Source: Patescibacteria group bacterium
GTDB lineage: Bacteria; Patescibacteriota; Patescibacteriia; UM-FILTER-42-10
DNA: 64,000 bases
Direction of reading: 5' to 3'
NCBI GenBank assembly: GCA_041666845.1
Contig: JBAYGC010000002.1
Coordinates: forward strand, 12,499-76,498
Shown here: positions 19,689 to 29,137 of the stretch, one piece after another
Position numbering within the stretch: position 1 is the stretch's first letter
Layout: the number at the start of each line of letters is the position of its first letter
The notes under the pieces: generated by a model
What the model was told of the DNA's origin: nothing
The model's input: only the letters and a program-made list of their open reading frames with translations
The model's database searches: none
Made by a program: the position numbers and the translations under genes

Positions 19689-21178
19689 TTATTTGCGGAT
19701 TTTTTCCGTCACATTAAAGCCCATGTATTTCCCCAGCATTAGCCTGGTCTGAGCATCGATTGCCGGAATTGAACCGAAGAAAATCATTGTTACCGGAAAA
19801 AGCACCCATTGCAGAAGCATTTCGACAAACTTAATTTTATGTTTTTGTTCCGGCCGCTTTGGCAGTAAGGTCGTGCTGAAGATTGCCATTAAAATCAGGC
19901 CAATCATTGCCGCGCTCATCAGCCATTCCAATACATATGGCGCTGTTTGTGCGGCAATTGATGAGGACTCCTGATACCTGGCGACCGCGAGCGGGAGTCT
20001 GCCCAGGATAAAAATCAAAATTGGAGCGGTGGCCCAGGAATAATGCCCCTCTGCCATGTTCCACACATAGTGGAATTTTTGTCGCCATCTAATTTTTTTA
20101 TTCTTTTTAAAAAACCAAAGCATATACGGAAAATGTTCGATGCCGTATGCCCAGCGCCTTTGCTGCTTGTATTGATTCTTCAGACTCTGCCACAGGGTAC
20201 TACCCATAACCGTATCCATAGAAACCGGTATATACATCGGGGTTACTGTGTAATCCCCGTCGTATTCCAGAAAACACTGCAGAAATATCCTGGAATCTTC
20301 TGTGACAATATCGTTTTGCCAGAAATCAATATCCACCAGTGCGCGAAAGCTCATGCTGTGCGATGAAAATGTGAACAATCTTTCCGGCCGCAACTGTTCA
20401 GTCATCAGCCAAAATGTCGTGCCGTTCGCCACCACCCGCATCAGTGCCGGCGAATCCCAGATATTATTATTAAACAATGGCACCGGCTGGAAACTGGTTT
20501 TAGTCGGATTCGGATGATTGAGATACATGTTCGTCAAATACGCAAAATACTCACTGTGCACGCATGTATCAACATCAAACGAGGATACAATAACGTTCTC
20601 ATACGGGATATTTTGGCTATCAATATACTCTTTGTTTTTCTTCCCGCCCAGGCAATATTTGACCCTTTACCGGGCATTTCTCCAGGAATATTTGCCGGAT
20701 GTTCTACCACCAGTAATTTATGAAACATACTGCCGAATTCTCTTTGCATGATTTCCGCAATCCCTCTAGCTCTTTCTTTATCCCGCTCTTCAATAGCAAA
20801 AGTTACAATGAATTTATCTTTTGGGTAGCTGGAATTTACTAGACTTTGAAAAGTCGAACGAATAACTTCAATTGGCTCCTTGTATGTCGGCAACATAATG
20901 AAATGATACATATCGTTCCACCTGGGATTTTTCTTGCATTCATTCAGCCAATTTACCTTGATCGCTTTTTTGAAACGGCGATATGAAATAATCATGTACA
21001 GTTGCAGATACAGTATGCGCATCAGCCATAGCAAATCAAAAACGATTATAAAATAAATTACCCAAATCGGCTGGAAAAATGAAAGTGAAATAGCAGCAAT
21101 AAAAGTTGTCCAGGTCAGCGTACCTGGGATTATTTCCAGAAGTCGATATTTGCGATAATCAGACAGTTTGTTAAACAT
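19689..21178 (-). pseudogene. Glycosyltransferase family 2 membrane protein split by a 1-nt frameshift near 20632
   Basis: GKGSN frame continues as EYIDSQ..SSFDVD in the -1 frame; TED and QQRRW motifs downstream. Confidence 0.8.
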
Positions 21179-22037
21179 ATAATTTTTGACATTTAGAGCA
21201 ATAGGTTGTCCCGCGGTTATTTACTTTCGTCCTGGACAGTTTAGTTTTACAGCGGAAACAATTTTGTCCGTCACGTTTGTATACTTTTCTCACATTCTGA
21301 TAATTACCTTTTTTACCGAGCGCATCACGGTAGTCAGATATGGATGTACCGCGATACTTTACCGCTTTTTTCAGTATTTTAACAATAGCGGTGTGAATAG
21401 CTTTGCTTTGCCTGGTATTCAGACTGTCCGTTTTCTGTTTAGGATTGATCTTTGCTTCCCACAAAATTTCATCGGCGTAAATATTCCCGATTCCTGATAC
21501 AACATTCTGATCCAGTAAAATAGATTTTATAAAACCTTTCCTATTTCGAAGCTTTGCTTTAAATATATCATAGGTAAATTCGCTGCTCAGCGGTTCCGGA
21601 CCAAGTTTTTTTAATCGTGGTACGGTATTTTCCTCGCTTGTTTTATACAGTTTAATTTCCCCAAACCTTCTCACATCTGAAAACGCCAGCTCTTTATTAT
21701 CGTCCAAATAGAAGCAGGTACGTATAAATTGATTAAAAGAGTCATAAAACGGGCTGTCTTTCTGCTCCTTTTTCTTCCAATCATGATCGCGGTAGAGTAA
21801 GTGGCCGGTCATTTTCAGATGAATCAGCAATGTCTGATCGCCATTAAAATCAATCAGAATATTTTTTGCCCGCCTTCTAACACCTAACACTTTTCGGCCT
21901 GTAACCCCCTTTCTGACATGCAAAACTGAAGGATAAAAACTTTTCGGCCAATCAGTCCATATTTTTTGAAAGGTATGTCCTTTCAATTTTACATTCAAGT
22001 CAGAAACAATTGTTTGTACTTCGGGAAGTTCCGGCAT
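21171..22037 (-). CDS. mutM: Formamidopyrimidine-DNA glycosylase
   Basis: MPELPEV, HLKMTG, GNIYADE, C-terminal zinc finger. Confidence 0.97.
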   Translation of the reverse strand: MPELPEVQTIVSDLNVKLKGHTFQKIWTDWPKSFYPSVLHVRKGVTGRKVLGVRRRAKNILIDFNGDQTLLIHLKMTGHLLYRDHDWKKKEQKDSPFYDSFNQFIRTCFYLDDNKELAFSDVRRFGEIKLYKTSEENTVPRLKKLGPEPLSSEFTYDIFKAKLRNRKGFIKSILLDQNVVSGIGNIYADEILWEAKINPKQKTDSLNTRQSKAIHTAIVKILKKAVKYRGTSISDYRDALGKKGNYQNVRKVYKRDGQNCFRCKTKLSRTKVNNRGTTYCSKCQKLYV

Positions 22038-22038
22038 A

Positions 22039-22410
22039 TTAGATTATAGTTTTTGATTTAAAATATTTTTCCTGAAAATCAATCATGCTTTTAATTTCTT
22101 TGATACTGTATTTATGCTGAGCAACTACCAGTTTGAATTCATTATCATCGTCCCTTTCCACAAACGCAACAACCACGCCATCATACTCATTTATCGGATT
22201 ATCAATTCCTAATACATAGGCATCAATCGCTTCCCCGTCACCCGCCATAGTTCCTGGAATATATCCGTAATTTAATTCGTATATAGCTTGAGGAAAATCG
22301 GGATGTATTGAGCCGATCGGCCGGTCAATAATCACTTTCACTTTTTTACCTAACCATTTTTTTGATTCTCGTTTCATTTGATTATGCAAATTATACCCTA
22401 TTTGAATCAT
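22039..22410 (-). CDS. Short family-I inorganic pyrophosphatase
   Basis: NYGYIPGT..GDG..ID. Confidence 0.85.
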   Translation of the reverse strand: MIQIGYNLHNQMKRESKKWLGKKVKVIIDRPIGSIHPDFPQAIYELNYGYIPGTMAGDGEAIDAYVLGIDNPINEYDGVVVAFVERDDDNEFKLVVAQHKYSIKEIKSMIDFQEKYFKSKTII

Positions 22411-22431
22411 AAAATAAAGAATTGGACAACC

Positions 22432-22471
22432 AAAAAGACCCCACCGCGGTAAGCGGATCGGGGTCCTTTTT
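22432..22471. terminator. Rho-independent terminator after HU gene
   Basis: GACCCC...GGGGTC stem flanked by A/T runs. Confidence 0.7.
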
Positions 22472-22494
22472 CCTCCTTAGCAATTTCGATTTTA

Positions 22495-22776
22495 CTAGAG
22501 AATTGCGTCTTTTGCTGCTTTGGCGACTCTGAATTTCAGCACTGTTTTGGCTTTGATCTGAATCTGTTCGCCTGTGGCTGGGTTTCGGCCCATGCGAGCT
22601 TCACGATGCTTCTTGATCATCTTTCCCAAACCTGGGAGAGTGATTTCACCGCTTGATTTACATTCTTTGTAAACCAACTCGTTTAGGTTTTCCATGAAGG
22701 AAACAACCTCTTTTTTTTGAAGACCGGTTTTTTCAACCAGCGCTCCAATGAATTGAGACTTGGTCATTGATGCCAT
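22495..22776 (-). CDS. hup: HU family DNA-binding protein
   Basis: [18 protein letters not shown]. Confidence 0.93.
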   Translation of the reverse strand: MASMTKSQFIGALVEKTGLQKKEVVSFMENLNELVYKECKSSGEITLPGLGKMIKKHREARMGRNPATGEQIQIKAKTVLKFRVAKAAKDAIL

Positions 22777-23034
22777 AAAATTCTCGTTCCTTACTTAATT
22801 AGTTATTCACATGTTAATGATTACATGCGTAGTATATACTATTTTGCAATATTTGCATAGATTCCCCTTTGTTTATAAGTATTTTCATCGGGGAAGCACA
22901 ATTGCGCTCCTATATAAATTTTTCAACATGCGGATATTTTGGCTAATTTAAGCCATTTTTCATCAACACTGGAAATCTCTGTATGCATAAGAAATTAATT
23001 GTATAGCAACTATTATATCACCTGATAAAATGGT

Positions 23035-24525
23035 ATGATTGTTATTATGAAAAGACGATCCGGAATATTATTACACATTACATCACTGCCCAGTCCGTAT
23101 GGAATTGGTGATTTGGGGAAGGAAGCATTTCGATTTATCGATTTCTTAAGTATGTCCGGGCAGAGTATCTGGCAAATTCTTCCACTGACCATACCGGACT
23201 CGATCGGTTCGCCATATGCGTCCCCGTCGGCGTTCGCCGGCAATTGGCTTTTAATCAGCCCGGAAGAACTGGTAAAGGAAGGATTGCTGCATAAAAAATC
23301 ACTTCCTAAACAAAAAAGGGTGACCGCAATCAAATATTCGAAAGTATTCCAGGAGCGGAGAAAGCTTGTTGAAGTTTCATATGAATATTTCCATAAACAT
23401 GCCTCTGCCGAACAAAAAAACAACTTTGAAGACTTTATTGAGCGGCACACAAAATGGCTTGACGATTTCGGATTGTTTATGGCGCTAAAGGACTATTTTA
23501 AAGGCGCACGGTGGTTCAATTGGCCCGAGAATATCGCCAATAGAGATGCAGAAGCAATTAAGTACTGGTATAAAAAACTGCACCGTCAAATCAGAGTGTA
23601 CCAGTATGGGCAATGGATATTTTTTACGCAATATACAAAGATTAAAAAATACGCAAATAAAAAAGGTATTAGAATTTTTGGTGACATTCCGTTTTTTATC
23701 ATTCACGACAGTGTTAATGTCTGGGTTGACAGAGATTTGTTCTTGCTCGACGACGAATACCAGCCTCTAGCCAAATCCGGGGTACCGCCGGATTATTTCA
23801 GCAAGCGCGGACAGCTGTGGGGTGACCCGCAGTACGACTGGGAAAAAATGAAAAAAAATGATTTCCGCTGGTTTATCAGACGGATCAAAAAAGCGGAACA
23901 TTTTTATGATGACGTCAGATTGGATCATTTCAGAGGTTACGCGGCAGTATGGCATGTTGATCCCAAATCCAAGACATCTAAGAATGGCAAATGGGTTCAA
24001 GTTCCCGGTATTGATATATTTAAACAGGTAAAAAGCAGATTCAAAGATATATCCATAATTGCTGAAGACCTTGGGTATATAACTCGCGACGTGGTTAGAT
24101 TGAAAGAGTATTTCAAATTTCCCGGCATGAGAGTAATGCAGTTCGGTTTTAGCGGAAAACGGAATAATTTTCATCTACCAGCAAACTTCCCGACTGATTG
24201 TGTCGCTTATACCGGCACGCATGATAACGACACAACCTACGGCTGGATTACAAAGTCCGGTAAAACACCACAGAGAAAATTTGCACTAGCATACACAAAA
24301 ACCGACAAGAAGCATTTTGCGTGGAAATTAATTGAACTGGGTATGCGCTCCAGGGCGTGCTGGTTTATCTTTCCAATTCAGGACGCCTTGAATCTGGGTT
24401 CTGAGGCACGCATGAACAAACCTTCAACCAGGAAGAAAAATTGGCAATGGCGCTTGAAAAAAAACGCATTATCGGATGAACTGGCAACCGAAATAAAAAA
24501 TATCACCAAGTCGTCCGGCAGATAA
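23035..24525 (+). CDS. malQ: 4-alpha-glucanotransferase (GH77)
   Basis: GILLH.TSLP, RLDHFRG, AEDLG, YTGTHDN. Confidence 0.97.
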   Translation: MIVIMKRRSGILLHITSLPSPYGIGDLGKEAFRFIDFLSMSGQSIWQILPLTIPDSIGSPYASPSAFAGNWLLISPEELVKEGLLHKKSLPKQKRVTAIKYSKVFQERRKLVEVSYEYFHKHASAEQKNNFEDFIERHTKWLDDFGLFMALKDYFKGARWFNWPENIANRDAEAIKYWYKKLHRQIRVYQYGQWIFFTQYTKIKKYANKKGIRIFGDIPFFIIHDSVNVWVDRDLFLLDDEYQPLAKSGVPPDYFSKRGQLWGDPQYDWEKMKKNDFRWFIRRIKKAEHFYDDVRLDHFRGYAAVWHVDPKSKTSKNGKWVQVPGIDIFKQVKSRFKDISIIAEDLGYITRDVVRLKEYFKFPGMRVMQFGFSGKRNNFHLPANFPTDCVAYTGTHDNDTTYGWITKSGKTPQRKFALAYTKTDKKHFAWKLIELGMRSRACWFIFPIQDALNLGSEARMNKPSTRKKNWQWRLKKNALSDELATEIKNITKSSGR

Positions 24526-24572
24526 TGATTATAATAGCGACCCGCTAACACATGCGTTCGGTCGCTTTTTGA

Positions 24573-24775
24573 TTACCCTACAATCAGATTTCCGACCATT
24601 CCCATTTGCCGGTAGTTTTGAACGCTACAATAGTATTCAAATGCTCCTGTTTTATTAGCAGTGAGTTCCACCGATCCGTTCTGTGCACTGCTGATTAGTC
24701 CTGAGTTAGTATCAAATTCAGCCACCATCCAATCGGGAGTTTCCCCCGAGCAGATTAAATTTATTCATACTTTTT
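24573..24775 (-). pseudogene. Decayed cupredoxin/plastocyanin-like gene
   Basis: Reads *INLICSGETPDWMVAEF...GAFEYYCSVQNYRQMGMVGNLIVG*; in-frame stop upstream, both His ligands substituted. Confidence 0.7.
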
Positions 24776-24787
24776 CCGTAGATTTAA

Positions 24788-24982
24788 CTAATCCACCTTT
24801 TCCCAAGTCGCATCGTCAGCAACTTCCTCAATATTTATTTTTTTCTGAGGAATTAGACACGAAACACACTCAGGAAATTTTTCTCCTTTCTTCAATCTGG
24901 ATTTATAGCCACATGGCATACAAAGATATTCGCCTGTTTCCGGCGCTCTGTCGCCAGCGTAGTAAAACTTTTTAATAGACAT
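24788..24982 (-). CDS. Small zinc-ribbon protein (YjzC-like)
   Basis: AP.TG.Y.CxxC...FP.CxxC...W. Confidence 0.75.
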   Translation of the reverse strand: MSIKKFYYAGDRAPETGEYLCMPCGYKSRLKKGEKFPECVSCLIPQKKINIEEVADDATWEKVD

Positions 24983-24997
24983 ATCTCCTCCTCAATG

Positions 24998-25564
24998 TTA
25001 GGAAATAATATTTTCTCTCCCCCATTTAAGGGTTTTTGTCATCCAAATTAATTCCTGTAAAAAGCTCTCCACCCTTTCATCGTATGAGGTATCTAAAATG
25101 TTACCTTCACTGTCGAATAGTTTATCAACTTTTGAGAAATTCAAATCATACTTAATCATCGATAATTGAACTGTCTTCATTACAGACGCCAGACTTTCAA
25201 TAGCTCTCGTACCGCCAAAACCACCATCAGAAACACCGCATAATCCGACTGTTTTATGTTTGTATTCGGGTAAAAACATATCTAAAGCCATCTTTAGGCT
25301 CCCTGGAAAACTATGATTATATTCCGGAGATACAATTATCAGACCATCCGCTGTTTCAACCAGTTTTTTGAAATCAGAATTTTTTTCTCCTAAAGCACGC
25401 CCTTCCGTGCCTGAAAAATTTAATTTTTTAACATCAATTATTTGTGTTACAATTCCCGTTTTTTCTTTCACCTTTTTTTCCATATATTTCGCAACTTTTT
25501 CACTTTCACGCCCTTCTCTGGTTGTGCCGAGAATGATCGGCAAATATAGAACATCTTCTGTCAT
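24998..25564 (-). CDS. NAD(P)H-dependent FMN reductase
   Basis: GTTR.GR, PEYNHSFPGSLK..LD, GG. Confidence 0.92.
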   Translation of the reverse strand: MTEDVLYLPIILGTTREGRESEKVAKYMEKKVKEKTGIVTQIIDVKKLNFSGTEGRALGEKNSDFKKLVETADGLIIVSPEYNHSFPGSLKMALDMFLPEYKHKTVGLCGVSDGGFGGTRAIESLASVMKTVQLSMIKYDLNFSKVDKLFDSEGNILDTSYDERVESFLQELIWMTKTLKWGRENIIS

Positions 25565-25587
25565 ATAATTGATGTTTATTTACTTAC

Positions 25588-26310
25588 TTAATTAATATAT
25601 TGTCGCGGATCCAGCCAATTATCCAGCTCTTCTTTGGTCTGCACATATCCTTTGATATCAATTTCAATCCCCTTATGTATCCCAAAATGCAGATGTTTTC
25701 TTTCTCCGTCCGTTTCAGCGCTTTTGTCTGCGCCCAGCAACCCTATTATATCCCCTTTATTGATATTTGATCCAACTTCAGGTATTACGGTTGATATTCT
25801 TAGATGACCATAAATTACCGTCACAGTCTGACCGTTCAAATCACATTCTTGAACGATTACTCCTCCGTAGCCGTTTGCGGTGGTTTTCATTCTAAGCGGT
25901 CCGGCGCAAAATGACTTGACCTCCACATCGCTATTCAACTCATCGGCAAAAACCTCAAAATCAGATCCAGTATGATACCCAAAAAATCTTTCCGGCTGAA
26001 CCGGCGAATTAGTCTTCGTTATTCTGATGCCAAATGGTTTTTTACTGATTCGCTCACTTGGTCGATCCAACGGACTCTGATAATCTTCAGTACTATTTTT
26101 ACTGTTAGTGTTCTGATTCAAATTGGCATTACTGATATCTGCTGTCCACAAATTTACTGAAGCACTATTATTGATTGTTATATCGCTATTAATGTTCTGC
26201 CTCTTTGCAATTTGCAAAAAAACAAACACACCTAGAAATATAATAACTACTAATAAACCGTATAAAATTTTCTCAAATCTTTCACCCATTACTTTCCCTT
26301 TACGTGGCAT
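25588..26310 (-). CDS. Membrane-anchored M23 peptidase
   Basis: N-terminal TM, HTG.D, YGH, HLHF. Confidence 0.9.
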   Translation of the reverse strand: MPRKGKVMGERFEKILYGLLVVIIFLGVFVFLQIAKRQNINSDITINNSASVNLWTADISNANLNQNTNSKNSTEDYQSPLDRPSERISKKPFGIRITKTNSPVQPERFFGYHTGSDFEVFADELNSDVEVKSFCAGPLRMKTTANGYGGVIVQECDLNGQTVTVIYGHLRISTVIPEVGSNINKGDIIGLLGADKSAETDGERKHLHFGIHKGIEIDIKGYVQTKEELDNWLDPRQYIN

Positions 26311-26429
26311 TAAGTAAAACTCCCACCACTAAATGGAAGGAGTTTCATTAATTTGTTAGCAACCGCAGTCAGGACCTGATGTCATAGTATTTTCCTTTCA
26401 TTTTCGCCTGCTTACTATTACAGGCCTTA

Positions 26430-26795
26430 TTAGTGAATATGTTTATCTAAATGATTATCCAGCATTCCGATAAGATTTTTATCTCCCGTTTCAAGCAAGT
26501 AACAGACACGCTTGCCCATTTTATGCTTCGTTATAATATTCGAGCGCTCCATCATATTTAGCTGGTGTGACACCGCACTGACACTGATATTCAATACGAA
26601 AGCGATATCTGAAACGCAGATCTCATTGTAATGCTTCAATAGCAGTAATATCTTTATCCTGGTTGGATCCGATAAAACATTGCATAAATCGCTTTGGATT
26701 TTAATATGTTTACTATTTTTTCCTAGCCAGTTCTGATTCCTTAATATTTGCTGTTTTGTTAACATAATACGTTTTATCACTTGCTCAAGTATCAT
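26430..26795 (-). CDS. ArsR/SmtB regulator
   Basis: DPTRIKIL, CV.DI, SAVSHQL. Confidence 0.92.
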   Translation of the reverse strand: MILEQVIKRIMLTKQQILRNQNWLGKNSKHIKIQSDLCNVLSDPTRIKILLLLKHYNEICVSDIAFVLNISVSAVSHQLNMMERSNIITKHKMGKRVCYLLETGDKNLIGMLDNHLDKHIH

Positions 26796-26909
26796 AATGA
26801 TATATCAATTGATTTTATCAGTCAAGCAGTTTTTCTGCCAGTTGCCGTGACTTGACAATCTTCTATATTTGTACTATTTTCCTTGTATGTTGATCTTTGA
26901 AACAACGAT

Positions 26910-27077
26910 GTGGGTGGGAGGACCGCCACACCAATAAGCAGGCAGAAATGCTACCCTAGGGGTAACATTGACTGGCGAGCTTGCCAGAGGCAGTTGATTG
27001 CAACTGCACTGGCTTGCTCGTCCGTGGGCAGATGTTGCCCCCTGGGAATTGCTAAAGTGCGCGCCCTCCTACCCCAC
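26910..27077 (+). ncRNA. Putative structured RNA of unknown family
   Basis: Nested long-range stems plus four hairpins; upstream promoter and boxA-like TGATCTTTGAAA; followed by T-rich tract. Confidence 0.6.
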
Positions 27078-27262
27078 TTTTCTTCTTTTTTGCCCCGCGG
27101 GTGGAATTTCTGCCCGCATTACATGCCACCCCACAACCCGTTTCTACAGGGAGGTACGCCCAATGTACTCGTGGAGTTACGCACGCCACGGGTTCGGTTG
27201 ACTTGCGATCTTCTCCGTCTGAGTAGTCAATGCCCACGGCTCTAAGATGAGAGGATCATCGC

Positions 27263-27628
27263 ATGTGCGACAGAACCCAGTGGAATGTGAAACATGTCCT
27301 CGTCGTTCAGTCCGTCTTCCCGACGAACAAGGAATCCCCTGTCGGATGCGCGCGCAATGTCTTGTTGTGCACCTGCGGGAGCTGCATGAGCTCCAACAGC
27401 CCGATGACACCCGCAGGACCCCTGCACAGCTACCTGAACAGGTGCTTCGAGCAGGACATTGCTGATGCCGTGGCGGGAGGCTATGAGCCGCCCGTCAATC
27501 TCCTGAGCATGCCGAAGCTCGACCCGCGTACCGGCACGGCGAAGCCGACCAAGAGGCAGGCTGCCACGCTGATCAGGCAGATCGGTCCGGATGCCCTGTC
27601 ATCCGACATCGTCGCAGCCTACGCCTAG
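27263..27628 (+). CDS. GC-rich Cys-rich hypothetical protein
   Basis: GAGAGGA SD, GC3-rich codons, CTCGSC motif, terminator at 27661-27690. Confidence 0.65.
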   Translation: MCDRTQWNVKHVLVVQSVFPTNKESPVGCARNVLLCTCGSCMSSNSPMTPAGPLHSYLNRCFEQDIADAVAGGYEPPVNLLSMPKLDPRTGTAKPTKRQAATLIRQIGPDALSSDIVAAYA

Positions 27629-27660
27629 CGTGGGAGAAGAACATCGTTGATTTGCACCCC

Positions 27661-27690
27661 GGGCGAGCCTTGAAGACTCGCCCATTTTTT
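27661..27690 (+). terminator. Rho-independent terminator
   Basis: GGGCGAG/CTCGCCC stem plus T-run. Confidence 0.8.
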
Positions 27691-27790
27691 ATTTAAAACA
27701 TTTATTTACGATGTTGACACCGCTACGTAAATGGATTAGCATAGTAAACTACCTCGTTGGCTGATTTCACGTTTCACGGAGGAGGTGAAA

Positions 27791-28099
27791 ATGTCAGGCA
27801 ACCGGTTCGTCCTGTTTTGCGTGATGCTTTTCCTTGGAATCACCATCTCTCCCCTGTTCAGTATCATCGCATTGGTTATATACCTTGCACCTTCGAAACC
27901 TTGCTTCATCCCCCGTGACGCTGACGGCAGACGCTGTTGTCCCCTCTGCCACTCCAGGCGCTATCTCATCTTCCCGACTCGGCAGAGGGACAACCCGGGT
28001 TTTTCCTGGGCTTTGGCATTTGGCAAAAACCAGATGGAATACCGCTGCCAGGACTGCACAATGAGTTGGAAAGAATCCGGGGACGGCAAACCGCGTTGA
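27791..28099 (+). CDS. GC-rich membrane-anchored zinc-ribbon protein
   Basis: Promoter TTGACA-17-TAGCAT (27714-27742), GGAGGAGG SD, N-terminal TM, CPLC...CQDC, terminator at stop. Confidence 0.7.
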   Translation: MSGNRFVLFCVMLFLGITISPLFSIIALVIYLAPSKPCFIPRDADGRRCCPLCHSRRYLIFPTRQRDNPGFSWALAFGKNQMEYRCQDCTMSWKESGDGKPR

Positions 28100-28139
28100 T
28101 GTTCTATCAGCGCTTTTTTTATTGATATATTTTTTCTTT

Positions 28140-28475
28140 CTATCTGAACATCTTGGACAGAAACCAGTTTACAATTGTCAGCACCACGCCAAACAGCATT
28201 GCCCACCAGAAACTGGCGACAAAGAAACCGGGAACAATTGTAGTCATCAATATAATCAACAGCGCATTAATAACCAAAGTAAACAGACCGAGAGTCAGAA
28301 TATTGATCGGTAATGTAAAAATCACCAGTACTGGCCTGATAAATGTATTAATCAGGCCCATAACCAGCGCTCCGATTAGCGCCGCAAAAAATCCGTCAAC
28401 TTCAACACCCGGTAATAAATATGCGGCAATCATGATAGCAACCGTTGCGAGTAACCATTTTATTAACATTTTCAT
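28140..28475 (-). CDS. Phage holin family / YvlD membrane protein
   Basis: N..IRP.L...TLP..ILTLGLF..VINA. Confidence 0.9.
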   Translation of the reverse strand: MKMLIKWLLATVAIMIAAYLLPGVEVDGFFAALIGALVMGLINTFIRPVLVIFTLPINILTLGLFTLVINALLIILMTTIVPGFFVASFWWAMLFGVVLTIVNWFLSKMFR

Positions 28476-28649
28476 ATATATTTCATTAATATTAAGTGTA
28501 TTAATTATATCAGTTTAGTATATAAAATAAAGTGACTTATTTAAAAGCACATTTTGCAATATTAGATTAGCCAAAGTATAATGAAGATATCCGATTACGT
28601 ATAATACACAAATTATGTTGTATTAACGCAGTATACTCGATAGAAAGAT

Positions 28650-29110
28650 GCTGGGAGAAATTTTATAAATTTTCTAACACAAAAATGGAAAAAGGACCAC
28701 AACTAAATAGAGATCAAAAAAATGAGTATATACTAGAAGCACTAAATCAATTGCGCTACCTTAAAGATGCCTATAAACCTGAAATTCCTGACGAGATCCT
28801 TTGTGGGGTATCGCCAGATAAAAATTATAAAGTTAGAAAAAACTGGTGGGCAGGATTATTTGTTATGTTAGACCAAAGGATTCTACCACTTCTTTCTGGA
28901 GGCAATTACGAAGAATTAACAAATACCATAAAACAGTTTGAGCAAGATTATGGAGATGAGAAATTTAAAAATCGCTTAACAACTGAAGACGATATAGAAA
29001 GAGCTGATTCTTTAATTAAAGAGATAATCCTCATTTTAGAAAATTTATAAAATTTCGCCCAACACCACGTATGCGGTTTCCGTCAAATGCGGACAGGCCG
29101 CGAACTATAA
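28650..29110 (+). mobile_element. Integron-cassette-like remnant (isolated cassette, partial attC)
   Basis: 28-bp inverted repeat (26/28) flanking one ORF, ending in GCCCAAC (RYYYAAC), followed by an imperfect hairpin. Confidence 0.5.
28685..29050 (+). CDS. Hypothetical protein
   Basis: AT-rich 121-aa ORF inside the inverted repeat. Confidence 0.75.
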   Translation: MEKGPQLNRDQKNEYILEALNQLRYLKDAYKPEIPDEILCGVSPDKNYKVRKNWWAGLFVMLDQRILPLLSGGNYEELTNTIKQFEQDYGDEKFKNRLTTEDDIERADSLIKEIILILENL

Positions 29111-29137
29111 TTGATTATTAATAATTAAACTAAAAAT

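Noticed and set aside
22800-23030. Replication origin near HU (TTATTCACA)
   Set aside because: A single imperfect DnaA box, with no cluster and no dnaA gene.
26975-27050. ZTP (pfl) or NiCo riboswitch assignment for the orphan RNA (GACTGGCGA, AGCAGGC)
   Set aside because: Only short words match. The CGCCUGGG pseudoknot partner and NiCo junction residues are absent, and the RNA is not upstream of purH.
28140-28475. Prophage suggested by a 'phage holin family' gene
   Set aside because: YvlD-type proteins are common chromosomal genes, and no other phage genes are present.
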